58,391 nucleotides of DNA from Pseudonocardiales bacterium (GCA_019240665.1 JAFAXZ010000017.1:1-58391), one strand, 5' to 3'; numbered from the stretch's first letter, positions 26,226 through 36,832 are shown. Translations and numbers: made by a program. The notes: a model not told the origin generated them from the sequence alone.

Positions 26226-27506
26226 ATGACTGGCACGCTCGGCACTAGCGCGATCAACACCAGGACCACCACCTCTGGCCTAGACCTGGGACCTGCGCGC
26301 CATCTGGTGTGTCGGGAATGTGGATTCAGCACCCCACTGGCAGCAGAGTTCGCCTGCGCCGAGTGCTTCGGGCCGCTGGAGGTTGGCTATGACTTCGGGC
26401 GCCTCACCCGTCCGGACATCGAATCGGGGCCCCTATCGATCTGGCGCTATCGCAGGCTGCTGCCCGTGCCGGACGACGTCGACGAACACCCGAACACCCA
26501 GCCCGGCCTGACCCGGCTGATCCGCGCCGACCGACTCGCCAAGGCGCTGGGGGTTCGCCGGCTGTGGGTCAAGGACGACACCGGCAACCCGACACACTCC
26601 TTCAAGGACCGGGTGGTGGCGGTCGCGCTGGCCGCCGCTCGACAGCTCGGTTTTCGGGTACTTGCCTGTCCTTCCACCGGCAACCTCGCGAACGCGGTGG
26701 CCGCTGCGGCCGCCCGTGCCGGCTGGGAGTCGGTGGTGCTCATCCCCTCCTCATTGGAACGGGCCAAGGTGCTGACCACAGCGGTCTACGACGGTGCGCT
26801 GATCGCGGTGGACGGCACCTACGACGACGTCAACCGGCTGGCCACCGAACTCGCCGCAGAACACGAGGACTGGGCATTCGTCAACGTCAACGTCCGGCCC
26901 TACTACGCCGAGGGCTCCAAGACGCTGGGTTACGAGGTCGCCGAGCAACTCGGCTGGCGATTGCCCGATCAGATCGTGGTGCCGATCGCCTCCGGTTCGC
27001 AGCTAACCAAGGTGGACAAGGCTTTCCGCGAGTTCACCGAACTGGGCCTGGTGCAGCCCTTGCCGTACCGGGTGTTCGGGGCCCAGGCCACCGGCTGTTC
27101 ACCAGTATCCGCAGCCTTCAAGGCTGGCCGTGACGTGGTCGTACCGGTCCGGCCGGACACCATCGCTCGCTCACTGGCGATCGGCGCGCCCGCCGACGGT
27201 CCCTATGCGTTGGATGCCGTCCGCCGTACCAACGGCGCGATCGAGGACGTCACCGACGCTGAAGTGATCGAGGGTATCCGGCTGCTGGCCCGCACCGAAG
27301 GGATCTTCACTGAGACCGCTGGGGGGGTAACGGTGGCCTGCGCGAAGAAGCTCGTCGGGTACGGCCAGTTGGACCCCGACGCCGAAACCGTCCTGCTCAT
27401 CACCGGCGACGGGCTCAAGACCTTGGACGCTGTAGAAGATCACCTGGGACCACAAACCACCGTGCCGCCGAACACCAAGGCGATCCGCGAGGCCCTCGGA
27501 AGCTGA
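26226..27506 (+). CDS. Threonine-synthase-family PLP enzyme with an N-terminal zinc ribbon (possible MetM-type homocysteine synthase)
   Basis: CRECG..CAECFG ribbon and the PLP-lysine motif HSFKDR. It is preceded by the SAM riboswitch. Confidence 0.85.
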   Translation: MTGTLGTSAINTRTTTSGLDLGPARHLVCRECGFSTPLAAEFACAECFGPLEVGYDFGRLTRPDIESGPLSIWRYRRLLPVPDDVDEHPNTQPGLTRLIRADRLAKALGVRRLWVKDDTGNPTHSFKDRVVAVALAAARQLGFRVLACPSTGNLANAVAAAAARAGWESVVLIPSSLERAKVLTTAVYDGALIAVDGTYDDVNRLATELAAEHEDWAFVNVNVRPYYAEGSKTLGYEVAEQLGWRLPDQIVVPIASGSQLTKVDKAFREFTELGLVQPLPYRVFGAQATGCSPVSAAFKAGRDVVVPVRPDTIARSLAIGAPADGPYALDAVRRTNGAIEDVTDAEVIEGIRLLARTEGIFTETAGGVTVACAKKLVGYGQLDPDAETVLLITGDGLKTLDAVEDHLGPQTTVPPNTKAIREALGS

Positions 27507-27674
27507 TCTGGCTGCGTTCTTCGCGAAATTCGAGTATCTCCCCCCACCATTGGTAACGCACCGTACAGCCTCGACAACACATGGTCATGGGACGGCCTCC
27601 GTCGCAGCCGCCTCGGCGGGACCAGCCGCTGAGTCCCCACAACATCCGATAGATGCACGGCCGGCACGCTCGGC

Positions 27675-30035
27675 TTAGGGTGCTCGCACCATGGCTCCGC
27701 GCGCAATCACCTGGAGCCTGGGTCCGCCCACCACCGCAACGTCTCCTTTCAGATCGGTGCGCATTACCTGGGCGCCTGCCGCGGTAAGCGCGTCGAGCAC
27801 ATGTTGGCTGGGCTGGCCGTAACTGTTGTGCGCTCCGACACTGACGACCGCTATTCGCGGCCGCACTGCGGCAAGGAACTCGTCGGTGTCGTAGCGCGAG
27901 CCATGGTGCGGAACCTTGAGCACATCAGCCTGCAGATCGGTCCCGCTGGCCAGCAGGTCCGCTTGAGCTTCGAGCTCCACGTCTCCGGTGAGCAACACCC
28001 GGCCGGCAGGAGTGTTCGCCCTGAGCACAACCGAGGTGTTGTTCACCACGGTGCCGTCGATCTCGGCCTGATGGTCCCCGACCGGCGGTGGGTCCCGCAG
28101 CGGGGCCAGCACATCGAGCGCCAAACCGGGCCAAGACAGTCGCTGCCCCGCAGTCAAGGCAACCACCGGCACGCGGGCCACCGCTGCGACCCGCAGGACC
28201 TGGGCGAATGCCCACGAGGGGCTACGTCCGGGGCCGAGCGCGACGGCGCTGACAGCCCGTCCCCGTAGCGCGCCGACCAGCCCGCCGATGTGGTCGGCAT
28301 GCAGATGGCTGATCACGACCAGGGCGAGCCGCCGGACACCGAGGCGGTCGAGGCAGGCCGATACTGGTCCCGGATCGGGTCCCGTGTCGACGAGCACCGC
28401 CCGACCGGGCTCGGCGGTGGCCAGCACCGCCGCGTCGCCTTGGCCGACGTCGCAGGCCACCATGACCCAGCCGACCGCTGGCCAGCCTGGCGACACGAAC
28501 CTCGTCGGCACGAGCACAAGCAGGGCACCGACCAACCCGGCCGCTGCGAGAACCCGTAGCCGGTGCGCTCGCATCGCGAGCAGCACCACCACGACGATCA
28601 ACGCCAGCAGGAGCGCACCAAAGGCCCCTCCTGGCCACTGCACCACGCCGTCGGGGATCGCGGCTCCCTGGTGACCGACACCCACGAGCCAGGCCACCGC
28701 CGGTCCGGCCAACTGCACCACGACAACGGCGGCACTGGGGTACAACGCCCCAAGTATCGCGGCGAGTACGCCAAGCACTGTCGCCGGCGCCACCGCCGGG
28801 GTGGCCAGTAGGTTGGTCAGTATCGCCACCAGGCTCACCTGACCGGATAGGCCCGCCACCACAGGCGCGGTGACCACGTGGGCGGCGGCGGGCACCGCAA
28901 GTGCCTCGGCGATCCCCGGTGGCACTCCGTGACGGCGCAACGCCGCCGTCCAGCCCGGGGCGAGTAGCACCAACGCACCGGTGGCCAGCACGGAGAGCGT
29001 GAACCCGGGGTCACCGCCGAGCGCCGGATCGACCAGCAGCAGCACCAGGACCGCAGTACACAGCGCGGGAACCGCCGAGCGACGGCGGCCGAGCACCAGG
29101 GCCAGCAGCATGACGGCACCCATCACCGCGGCGCGCAGCACGCTCGGTGATGGGCGGCACAGCACCACGAACCCGACCAGGACCAGCCCAGCCACCGTCA
29201 CTGCGGTCCGTGGTCCCAGCCGGGCGAGCCGGGCCAGCCCTAGGGTGGCCCCACACAAGATCGCCACATTCTCACCGGACACCGCGATGAGGTGAGTAAG
29301 GCCAGCAACGCGGAACTCCGCGTCGACAGTAGGCACCATCGCCGACGTGTCCCCCACCACCAGTGCGGGGAGAAGTCCGGCCGGCTCCGGATCAAGGACC
29401 CCGGCCGCCAGCCGCAGCCCGGACCGAAGCCTCTCGGCAATCCGTTGGACTGCGGTTGGCGCCGCCAGTACGTCCGGGCCACCTCGCACCCGCAGCACGG
29501 CCACCGTCAGGTCGGATCGGTCAGATGCGGCGAGCAGCCCGGTGGCCCGCACTCGCTGACCGGGCAGCAGTCCAATCCAGCCCTGCGCTGGTGCCAGGAG
29601 AACTACCCGACCGCCGGTCCGCCACTGGTGCCCAGCCACTTCCGCAGCCTCGAGCTCCGCGTGTACTACCACCCGCTGAGGGTGCGGTTGCTGGCCACCG
29701 TAGCCCGGGGAGGCGACCGCCCGCGGGTCATCGCGCAAGTGCGCCACCACTGTCGCCAGCGAACCACGCTCGGCAGCCACCCGCACCGGATGATGCTCAA
29801 CCTGCCAAGCCTGCGTGCCGACCACGAGTGCCACAGCGGCTGCCACCCCGCCCACCGCGATCACCGCTGCCGAACGGCCGCGCAGCGCGGCAGCCACGGC
29901 AACGAGTAGGCCCCCCATGCCCAGTGCAGCAGCGACCAAGGACCCGAGATACAGCCCGGAGAGCGCCACAGCCCAGCCGACGAGAGCGGCGGGCGCAAGG
30001 CGCAGGTCATGCCGCGCTGCACCGTCGGCGGTCAT
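27675..30035 (-). CDS. comEC: ComEC/Rec2 DNA internalisation channel with a metallo-beta-lactamase domain
   Basis: Polytopic membrane protein with a C-terminal HLHADHIGG motif. Confidence 0.9.
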   Translation of the reverse strand: MTADGAARHDLRLAPAALVGWAVALSGLYLGSLVAAALGMGGLLVAVAAALRGRSAAVIAVGGVAAAVALVVGTQAWQVEHHPVRVAAERGSLATVVAHLRDDPRAVASPGYGGQQPHPQRVVVHAELEAAEVAGHQWRTGGRVVLLAPAQGWIGLLPGQRVRATGLLAASDRSDLTVAVLRVRGGPDVLAAPTAVQRIAERLRSGLRLAAGVLDPEPAGLLPALVVGDTSAMVPTVDAEFRVAGLTHLIAVSGENVAILCGATLGLARLARLGPRTAVTVAGLVLVGFVVLCRPSPSVLRAAVMGAVMLLALVLGRRRSAVPALCTAVLVLLLVDPALGGDPGFTLSVLATGALVLLAPGWTAALRRHGVPPGIAEALAVPAAAHVVTAPVVAGLSGQVSLVAILTNLLATPAVAPATVLGVLAAILGALYPSAAVVVVQLAGPAVAWLVGVGHQGAAIPDGVVQWPGGAFGALLLALIVVVVLLAMRAHRLRVLAAAGLVGALLVLVPTRFVSPGWPAVGWVMVACDVGQGDAAVLATAEPGRAVLVDTGPDPGPVSACLDRLGVRRLALVVISHLHADHIGGLVGALRGRAVSAVALGPGRSPSWAFAQVLRVAAVARVPVVALTAGQRLSWPGLALDVLAPLRDPPPVGDHQAEIDGTVVNNTSVVLRANTPAGRVLLTGDVELEAQADLLASGTDLQADVLKVPHHGSRYDTDEFLAAVRPRIAVVSVGAHNSYGQPSQHVLDALTAAGAQVMRTDLKGDVAVVGGPRLQVIARGAMVRAP

Positions 30036-30069
30036 CCCGCCGTCTCCACGCGACGGAGTGCGTCGGCGG

Positions 30070-30933
30070 TCACACCCGCACCAGACCTTTCAGATGGGCC
30101 AACCGCGCCTGTCCGATGCCGCTTACTTCGCGGAGCTGATCCACCGACGTGAAGCGTCCGTGCGCGGCGCGCCAATCGAGAATCCGATGAGCGGTCACCG
30201 TGCCCACACCGGGTAGCCCGTCAAGCTGCTCAAGAGTCGCCGTGTTGAGATCAACCGCCCGGGACGCGCCGGGAGTATCCGACGCCACGTTGCCGGCCGG
30301 TTGCCCTGGCGGTGGTGTTACACCGACCAGAAGTTGCTCGCCATCGGACAACCGCTGGGCGATGTTGAGGCTCATCAGGTCGGTGCCGGGCAGCGCGCCG
30401 CCGACCGCGGCCAGCGCGTCAGCCACCCGGGTGCCGTCGGGTAGCCGGATCAGACCAGGATGGAGCACCCGGCCTACCACACTGACCACTACCTCATGGG
30501 CTGCGCCGGGCGGTGATGGCGCCGACGAAGCCCTCACCGCGGTGGCGGTGACCAGCGGCAGGACCGGGGCTGGTTCGGGCACCGGGCGCTCCCGCCACAC
30601 CCCGACCGCAGCCACGACCGCAGCCAGAGTCGCAACCAATGACAGAATCAGGGCTCCTGGTCGTCCAGGTTCCCACCGAGCGTCCCGCAGCGGTCCGGGC
30701 ACCCAACGCTGGACCAGCCGGCCTCCTCGCGATGCGGTGAGTAAGCCATCCGCATTGTCCGAGGGGGTCCTGTGCGGCCCACCCTGCATGGCGTCGACGG
30801 CCACAGCGTGTCCGGCGTCTGGATCACCGGGATCCGGCGGCGGATCAGGAGCACCACCCAGGGCCACAAGCCGCGTTCGGACACGCTGCGGTCCACCGGT
30901 GTCGAGGGACGGGAAGCTGGGAAGCAAGGCCAC
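30070..30933 (-). CDS. comEA: ComEA helix-hairpin-helix DNA-binding protein
   Basis: C-terminal LNTATLEQLDGLPGVG...RILDWR...GRFTSVDQLREVSGIG. Confidence 0.88.
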   Translation of the reverse strand: MALLPSFPSLDTGGPQRVRTRLVALGGAPDPPPDPGDPDAGHAVAVDAMQGGPHRTPSDNADGLLTASRGGRLVQRWVPGPLRDARWEPGRPGALILSLVATLAAVVAAVGVWRERPVPEPAPVLPLVTATAVRASSAPSPPGAAHEVVVSVVGRVLHPGLIRLPDGTRVADALAAVGGALPGTDLMSLNIAQRLSDGEQLLVGVTPPPGQPAGNVASDTPGASRAVDLNTATLEQLDGLPGVGTVTAHRILDWRAAHGRFTSVDQLREVSGIGQARLAHLKGLVRV

Positions 30934-31094
30934 AAGGCGACGCTAGGAGATTTCCCCGCGCACCTCGATGGCCGAACTCCTCAACTGTGGACTACAGGGG
31001 CGGGTGGGGACAAGTCAGGATTATCCGCACCTGCACCGCGGTTGGTGTCCAGGGTTTGTGCGAGTCTGGACAGCTGCCCCGAGTTCGGTTGAGA

Positions 31095-31199
31095 AGGCCT
31101 CAGAACGTGCAGTTGAACCTGCCGGATACCACGGCGCTCGGCGAGCCCGTCCGGGAAATAGGCGGTTGAGTCGGTGACAACAGCGAGGGCACTGAACAT
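31095..31199 (-). pseudogene. DegV-family N-terminal remnant
   Basis: MFSALAVVTDSTAYFPDGLAERRGIRQVQLHV matches the DegV start. Only about 35 aa remain in a 333-bp gap where DegV normally sits. Confidence 0.4.
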
Positions 31200-31265
31200 C
31201 GGCGTAGGTTGCCTTACCAGCCCAGGAGCAGAACCACCTGTCACTACCACAGCCGGAAAAGTCGC

Positions 31266-31871
31266 TCAGACGGGAGCGGCAGTGTTATAGGAGAATAGCC
31301 GCCAGCCAGAACTGCGGCGGACAAGCACCGTCCAGTGGCAGTTACTGATCCCTCCGAATACCGACCAGCCTGATACAGGCAAATCGAGCAGCAGCGGTGT
31401 CAGACCGGCGATCAGCCCGCCGTGGGTGCACAGCACCGCGCTACAGTGGCCGGCCGCATCGAGCTCAGTGACCACGTGCACAGCCCGCCCGGCCACTTCC
31501 ACCCGGGTCTCGCCACCCGGCGGGGCCCATTCCGGGTTCCCCCGCCAAGTCACGATGCCCCCCGGCCAGAGCTCCTCCACCTCAGCGTGGGTCAGGCCCT
31601 GCCACGTCCCGAGATGAGTTTCCCGAAGCCGCCTGTCGACCCACAGCGGCGTCCCGGTCTCAGCGGCAAGCGCTGCTGCGGTGTCCCCGGCGCGGGACAG
31701 GTCAGAGGTCATGAGCACCTCCGGCTTCAGCTCCGCGAGCGAACGGGCCGCACGGCGAGCCTGGTCGAGGCCAGTTGCGGTCAACTGCGAGTCAAGCTGA
31801 CCCTGTATCCGCTGTGCCACGTTGTAGTCGCTTTCGCCGTGCCGCCAGAGCACGAGCTGCTTCAGGGTCAC
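31266..31871 (-). CDS. Histidine phosphatase (phosphoglycerate-mutase-like) family protein
   Basis: LVLWRHGESDYN motif and the conserved position after rsfS. Confidence 0.85.
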   Translation of the reverse strand: MTLKQLVLWRHGESDYNVAQRIQGQLDSQLTATGLDQARRAARSLAELKPEVLMTSDLSRAGDTAAALAAETGTPLWVDRRLRETHLGTWQGLTHAEVEELWPGGIVTWRGNPEWAPPGGETRVEVAGRAVHVVTELDAAGHCSAVLCTHGGLIAGLTPLLLDLPVSGWSVFGGISNCHWTVLVRRSSGWRLFSYNTAAPV

Positions 31872-32251
31872 CCCGATTCGTCCACCTCGAGGACGTCAGC
31901 TTCGAACGGGATCATCGGGCAGTCCTTCCACAGTCGCTCAAGGCCGTAGAAAGAACGCTCCTCGGCATGCTGCACGTGCACGACAACGTCGACGAAATCC
32001 AGCAGCACCCAGCGCCCCTCACGGGCGCCCTCGCGGCGAACCGGCTTGCTCCCAGCGGCCGCCATCTTCTCCTCGACGGCGTCCACGATGGCTTGGACTT
32101 GGCGCTCGTTGGGCGCTGAGGCGATAACGAAACAGTCTGTGATCACCAACTGGTCGGACACGTCGAGCAGGGTGACGTTGTGCGCCTTCTTACCCGCTGC
32201 CGCGTTCGCCGCGGTCAGTGCAAGCTGTCGCGCATGATGAGAAGCTGACAC
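31868..32251 (-). CDS. rsfS: Ribosome silencing factor
   Basis: Iojap/RsfS core (TDCFVIASAPNERQVQAIVDAVEE). GTG at 32251 is preceded by GGAGACGGAG. Confidence 0.85.
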   Translation of the reverse strand: MSASHHARQLALTAANAAAGKKAHNVTLLDVSDQLVITDCFVIASAPNERQVQAIVDAVEEKMAAAGSKPVRREGAREGRWVLLDFVDVVVHVQHAEERSFYGLERLWKDCPMIPFEADVLEVDESG

Positions 32252-32599
32252 ATCACTCCGTCTCCCCGGCTCCGCTAGCCGGCGCTCAATGGTGCGCGGC
32301 ACCGTACACACTCCGCTTGTCCGCGCTCAACCACAGGTGAGCGTACGTGTTCTGGCTTGATCGACGCGGATCTACCCCCGGGGCATGTTGGAGAGCATGA
32401 AGCACTCTACGGTGCCCGTCGCCGTCCGGAAGCTCGATCCTTGGCTAACCGACTGCGCGAGAGGACCTCAGGCAGTCTTCTCTCGGCCGATCGGGTGGTC
32501 CAGTGTCACGGGGGGATACTCAAGCGCCGTTCGGGGAACGCTGGAGTAATCTAGATCAACACCCGGCGTTCCGGCCGGGGCTGACCGGGAGGATTCCGC

Positions 32600-32869
32600 A
32601 TGAGCAACGTGCCTGATAAGGCCGAGCGGCCTACCAATCAAAACGACGCGATCGTGGCCGACGTCGACATCCCGGGGCCCTACCCCACCGGACGTGGGGA
32701 TCCTACAGGTGAGCCCCTTTCCGCTGAGCCTGAGCCAACAAAAGAAACCAGAGGCGCGGGGTCGCTGGGGAACCTGACCGAGGAGGCTAGCACGGCGGCA
32801 GTGCGCGAGGAAACTGGAGGCTTAGGTAGCGCCATATACGAAGAGGAAAATACTAGTAAAGAAGCCTAG
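32600..32869 (+). CDS. Small acidic hypothetical protein
   Basis: 89-aa ORF with GGGAGG upstream. The region has lower GC. No motif recognised. Confidence 0.35.
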   Translation: MSNVPDKAERPTNQNDAIVADVDIPGPYPTGRGDPTGEPLSAEPEPTKETRGAGSLGNLTEEASTAAVREETGGLGSAIYEEENTSKEA

Positions 32870-32934
32870 CGCCCTCTGGTGAGGCGGTGATGAGCGGCCG
32901 CATGTCGAGGAGGAGAAACGTAGGAACTGAGGAC

Positions 32935-33480
32935 ATGGCCCGCATTACCGAGCGCAGCATCCGCACCAGGCCACTCATCAACATCACGTTCATCTCCCAC
33001 GGAACCTTGGATTCAGTCAATCTGCAGGAATCGCGCCGGTTCTACGAGGAGGTGTTCGGCTTCGAGGTAGTTCAGCTAAGCAAAGTCTCGCTGCTGGTGC
33101 GCAAGGGTGGTGCGCACACCTATGTCGTGGTGGAGACCGGCAACGAGGACCACAAGATGAGTCTGATGAACCACAATGGCATCGACGTCGGCAGCTCAGA
33201 GGAGGTGGATCGGGCCCATGAGATTTTGAACACGGTCAAGGAGGAGTACCGGATCCGGCAGATCCATCCTGTCCGGCATCAGCACGGCGCGTACTCCTTT
33301 TATCTGCTGGATCTGGACGGGAACTGGTGGGAGATCTTGGCGAATCGCGCGGGTGGCTACAGCTACGCCTATGACGATCCCGGCCGCGACCTCACCGGGC
33401 GACACGATCTTCTCCTGAGCAACACCGACCACGTGATGGATGACGAGACCGCGGCCAGGGTGCGCGGCACGGTGCTCTGA
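32935..33480 (+). CDS. VOC/glyoxalase-fold family protein
   Basis: ISHGTLDSVNLQESRRFYEEVFGFEVV and YLLDLDGNWWEI. ATG at 32935 is preceded by GAGGAC. Confidence 0.65.
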   Translation: MARITERSIRTRPLINITFISHGTLDSVNLQESRRFYEEVFGFEVVQLSKVSLLVRKGGAHTYVVVETGNEDHKMSLMNHNGIDVGSSEEVDRAHEILNTVKEEYRIRQIHPVRHQHGAYSFYLLDLDGNWWEILANRAGGYSYAYDDPGRDLTGRHDLLLSNTDHVMDDETAARVRGTVL

Positions 33481-33533
33481 GGTTAACCCGGCGACACTCA
33501 CGCTGAGCAAGACTGAGCAAGATTGCCCTGGCC

Positions 33534-34193
33534 ATGGACCGTAAATCCGAGCTGACCCAGCTCGCGAGCGTCCTCGGGGGTGCCGCTGGCCTCGGCTGTT
33601 TGGATGTGTCGGTTGTGGTGTTCGCGCGTGCGCTGGTCGACGAGTGTGGGGGCGTGGGCGCGTCGCGAGGCTGTATTGGTCAGTTGTCTGGATTGGTCAG
33701 TTGTCTGGCGGCTGCGGCGGCTATTGCGCTGGTGGCGGGTCCGCTGGGTGCGGCGTGGCTGCGGGTCGCTGGTGTGATCGTTGCAGCGGTAGGAGCGCTG
33801 GTGCGTGTCGTGATTGCCGTGCAGCGTGCTCGGCTGGAGGGTAAGCGCGAGAAGGCTGAGTTTGGCGGTCGTCTTCGTGTCGCGGTCGCGCCGATCGGCG
33901 AGGTTAACCCGACGCTGGTCGGTGTTGACCCGGCTGCGCAGACGATTCTCTCAGGCGGTGTGGTGCCGGATTATGTCGGGCGCGCGGCCGATGAGGCGGT
34001 GCGGAAGGCGGTAGCGGCGGCGCTGGATGGCAGTGGGCCCTGGCTGCTGGTCGTTGTTGGTGACTCTAAGGTCGGCAAGTCCCGCACGCTGTTTGAGGCG
34101 TTGCACCGAGGCTGCGAAGCCTACGACTATGTGATCCGGCTCGTGCGCGATAAGCCGGGGATGAAGCGAACTAACCTCGGGCTTTCATCATAG
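33534..34193 (+). pseudogene. N-terminal fragment of a membrane-anchored P-loop NTPase (STAND-like), truncated just after Walker A
   Basis: TM segments followed by LLVVVGDSKVGKSRTLFEAL. The ORF ends about 30 aa later, next to the IS fragment. Confidence 0.4.
33675..33708. repeat. Perfect 17-bp tandem duplication (attggtcagttgtctgg, 2 copies)
   Basis: Copies at 33675-33691 and 33692-33708, inside the 5' part of ORF 33534-34193. Confidence 0.97.
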
Positions 34194-34286
34194 TTGATCT
34201 TGTGTGCGACACGCGGAGTTGAGATACGCGAAAGTGCCTGCTCAGCGCGGTTGGATCGGAGTTGCTCAAGACCCTGATCGGACCGG

Positions 34287-34598
34287 ATGAGAGGCACTTC
34301 GTGGGTGAAGGATAACGGTCGTCGTCCCTGGTTGTCAGTGGTTGCTGGTGGAAAGCCGCTGGTCTCGCACGCCGGTGGCGTGTTGTTGGTGGAGAACGCC
34401 CGGCGCAGCGGGCTGGCGAAGGAGCTCTCGGCTCGGTGCCGGGCCTGGCGGCGGCCGCTGGCGGTGCACGATCCGGGCAAGATCGTGTTGGATCTGGCGG
34501 TGGCGGTAGCGCTGGGCGGGGACGCCGCATGTGACATCGCCCTGCTGCGCGACCAGCAGCGGCCTCGGGTGGCTCTGCCCTCGCGTGCCGTGTGGTAG
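34287..34598 (+). mobile_element. Transposase N-terminal fragment (IS1380-like; family assigned from memory)
   Basis: VSHAGGVLLVENARRSGLAKELS...AVHDPGKIVLDLAVAVALGGDAACDIALLR signature. The DDE domain is missing. Confidence 0.5.
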
Positions 34599-34868
34599 CC
34601 CTCGGGGAGGTCGGCGGGACGTCACAACCCTGCCCACCTCAGCCCAGCTGCGACAGCGCTCGTAGTCGGCCATCCCGGTGACCTGTCACCCGGCGAGAGC
34701 ACGCCCTTCATAGAGGAAGGCAGTGACCCCTCCGGGCGCCGCGTCCCCACACTGCGCCGACATCGGCTCCACACTCATGACCACCCTCCCGGCTCACGGA
34801 CTCGACAGCCATGCGGTCTGGTCATGTTTCCTGGCGGAACACGAACCAAGAGTCTCGCCCGCTTACGC

Positions 34869-35339
34869 CTACGCGGTAGCGGTTTGATGACTGCTCCTGC
34901 TGAGCAGGCCACCACCGACTATCAGGCTCGCCAGAGCGACCGCCAGGTCCAGGATGTTGTCCCCGTTAATCCCGGCGGGGATGGACAGCAAAGACCAGTA
35001 GCCCAAAAAGCCCAGCACGGCGACCAGCAGTAAGGCGCCACCGACCGCGATGTTCATCCCCTGATTGCCAGCGGGGGTAAGCGCGATGGCCCCCAGCAGC
35101 CACAACAGCCCAAGGATGATGTACACGGTGTTGTGGAAGCCGTTCGTCTGGAAGAGCCCGAAAATCGCATGGTCCGTCATCTCGGTAAACTTGGTGAAGC
35201 CCGTGAGGATGAACCCGAGGATCCCAAGGACCAGCACGACTAAGCCGAGGAGCACAGAATAACCCTGATCAATCGTCCCGGGCCCTGGCTTGCTCTGGAG
35301 CTTGATCCCGAACTTGTCTTCTGGACTAACATTCACCAT
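34869..35339 (-). CDS. DUF4383-like four-helix membrane protein
   Basis: Hydrophobic helices with the FHNTVYIILG motif typical of this family, from memory. Confidence 0.6.
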   Translation of the reverse strand: MVNVSPEDKFGIKLQSKPGPGTIDQGYSVLLGLVVLVLGILGFILTGFTKFTEMTDHAIFGLFQTNGFHNTVYIILGLLWLLGAIALTPAGNQGMNIAVGGALLLVAVLGFLGYWSLLSIPAGINGDNILDLAVALASLIVGGGLLSRSSHQTATA

Positions 35340-35682
35340 TTCTGTCCCCTTTCACATGACACTGCTGTACTCGATGCCCACCAGCGCCGGCGCTACGCAA
35401 CGAACCTGTGACGTCCAGCTGGTCCATACCAGCTACGGCACCGACCGGCGAAGCTACGCTCGTATTGGCCTCGTTGGCCCGAGTCGGGGGTCTCGGCAAG
35501 GCAGGAAGTCACTTCAGCCCACCAGCCCGTATCCTCCTCTCCGGGCAACAGGCTGCAGACCCAGCGTAGCGACCAGGGCCCCAGCGCGGAATCCGGACGA
35601 AAGCCCGCTGTTGCCCGCCGACCTCTGAGGCTGATGCCACCGAGGTTTTCGCTGTCCCCGGCGACGAGTGCGCTATGACCGC

Positions 35683-36035
35683 TCACGCCGGGCCTGCCTC
35701 GGTCGAGGGAGTGACAGGGAAGCGAGGGGGCGCGAGCAGCTGACTCAAGTCACTGCGGTCACGACCGTGTTGCAGGGCGTGGACGGCGCGGGCGCGGCCC
35801 TCAACCGACAGCCGGTAGTACCGCCGCAGGGGCCAACCCTCGGTATGAGCAGGCTCAGGGTCTTCCCATCGGTCGCTGACCTGCCCGGCTCCCCGCCGCC
35901 GCTGCAAAATAGGGTAGATGGTGCCCGGCTCAACTCCGCTGGCGCGCACGATCTCCGACCCATACAGCGCGGTGTCAGGGCCCATCGAGCAGTGCCCCCC
36001 ACACCGCCAAGACACCCACCGTCATCCGCAAACCC
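35683..36035 (-). pseudogene. PadR-family transcriptional regulator, frameshifted near the N-terminus
   Basis: The winged-helix core YGSEIVRASGVEPGTIYPILQR..RRYYRLSVEG is in one frame. The helix-1-like MTVGVLAVWGALLDGP is in another frame and ends at a TGA. Confidence 0.5.
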
Positions 36036-36120
36036 GCCATAGGGCTAAAATCAACATAATTGGTGTTCGCTGTCCAGGGACGGGGCGTCAAATCATTCGG
36101 ACGAGGGAGTACAGCGAACA

Positions 36121-36832
36121 CTGACACCGACCGAACACCTCAACCTCAGCAGACGCGCTGCTGAGCGCAAGGCCGAGGCCGAGCGGCACGACGTGAGCAT
36201 GCAGGCGGACATCCCGCGCGGGCCGTATATCGACCCACGCGCCGGAAAGATCACGATCGCGGAGTATGCAGCTCAGTGGCGAGCGCATCAGCTTCACCGG
36301 GACTCGACTGCTGACATGGTGGAGAGGGCGTCTCGTCTACACATCCTGCCGGTGCTTGGGCACGTGCCGATGGCCGACCCGCGCGCGAGTCACATTCGTA
36401 CTTGGGTCAAGGTGGCAACCGAGAACCTGTCCGCCTCGACCGTTCACCTTGTCTACAGCTATGTGAAGTCGATATTTCGAAAAGATACTCGCCCATCCCC
36501 TACCTGCGGCAGGATGTGGTCTACGCGGGAGTGAGATCTTCGGCATTGAGATCAGCCAGATCGACTTCCTGAATCGGAAGATCCACGTGCGACAGCAGCT
36601 CAAGCGAATGCCGGGAGTTCCGCCGTACCTGGGTGAACTCAAGACGAAGACCAGCCGGCGCACCGTCGAGCTTCCGGAGATCGTTCAGCTCGCGCTCGGG
36701 CACAGCACACCGATGATCACCTTGAACACCTACGCGCACGAGTGGCCGAACGCTCTTGATCGAACGCGAACCCTCGTGGACGCGGCGCTCGGATCACGCC
36801 CGTCAACGGCTGCCATCGGGACGGGCCAGTGA
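36121..36832 (+). pseudogene. Tyrosine recombinase (phage-type integrase) with a 5' truncation, a frameshift and an internal deletion
   Basis: SAM-like N-domain (ITIAEYAAQWRAHQ...HILPVLG...IRTW). The C-terminal pieces IDFLNRKIHVRQQL..TKTSRRTVELP and LGHSTPMITLNTYAHEWP lack the intervening catalytic segment. Confidence 0.6.

Noticed and set aside
27507-27674. MetO-like sulfur-carrier ORF (ending in GG) downstream of the ThrC paralogue
   Set aside because: No ORF of suitable length or C-terminal Gly-Gly exists in any frame of the 168-nt convergent gap.
35393-35686. 97-aa ORF between the DUF4383 and PadR genes
   Set aside because: No motif, an Arg/Gly/Ser-rich composition, and no RBS. It is probably non-coding spacer in a decayed element.
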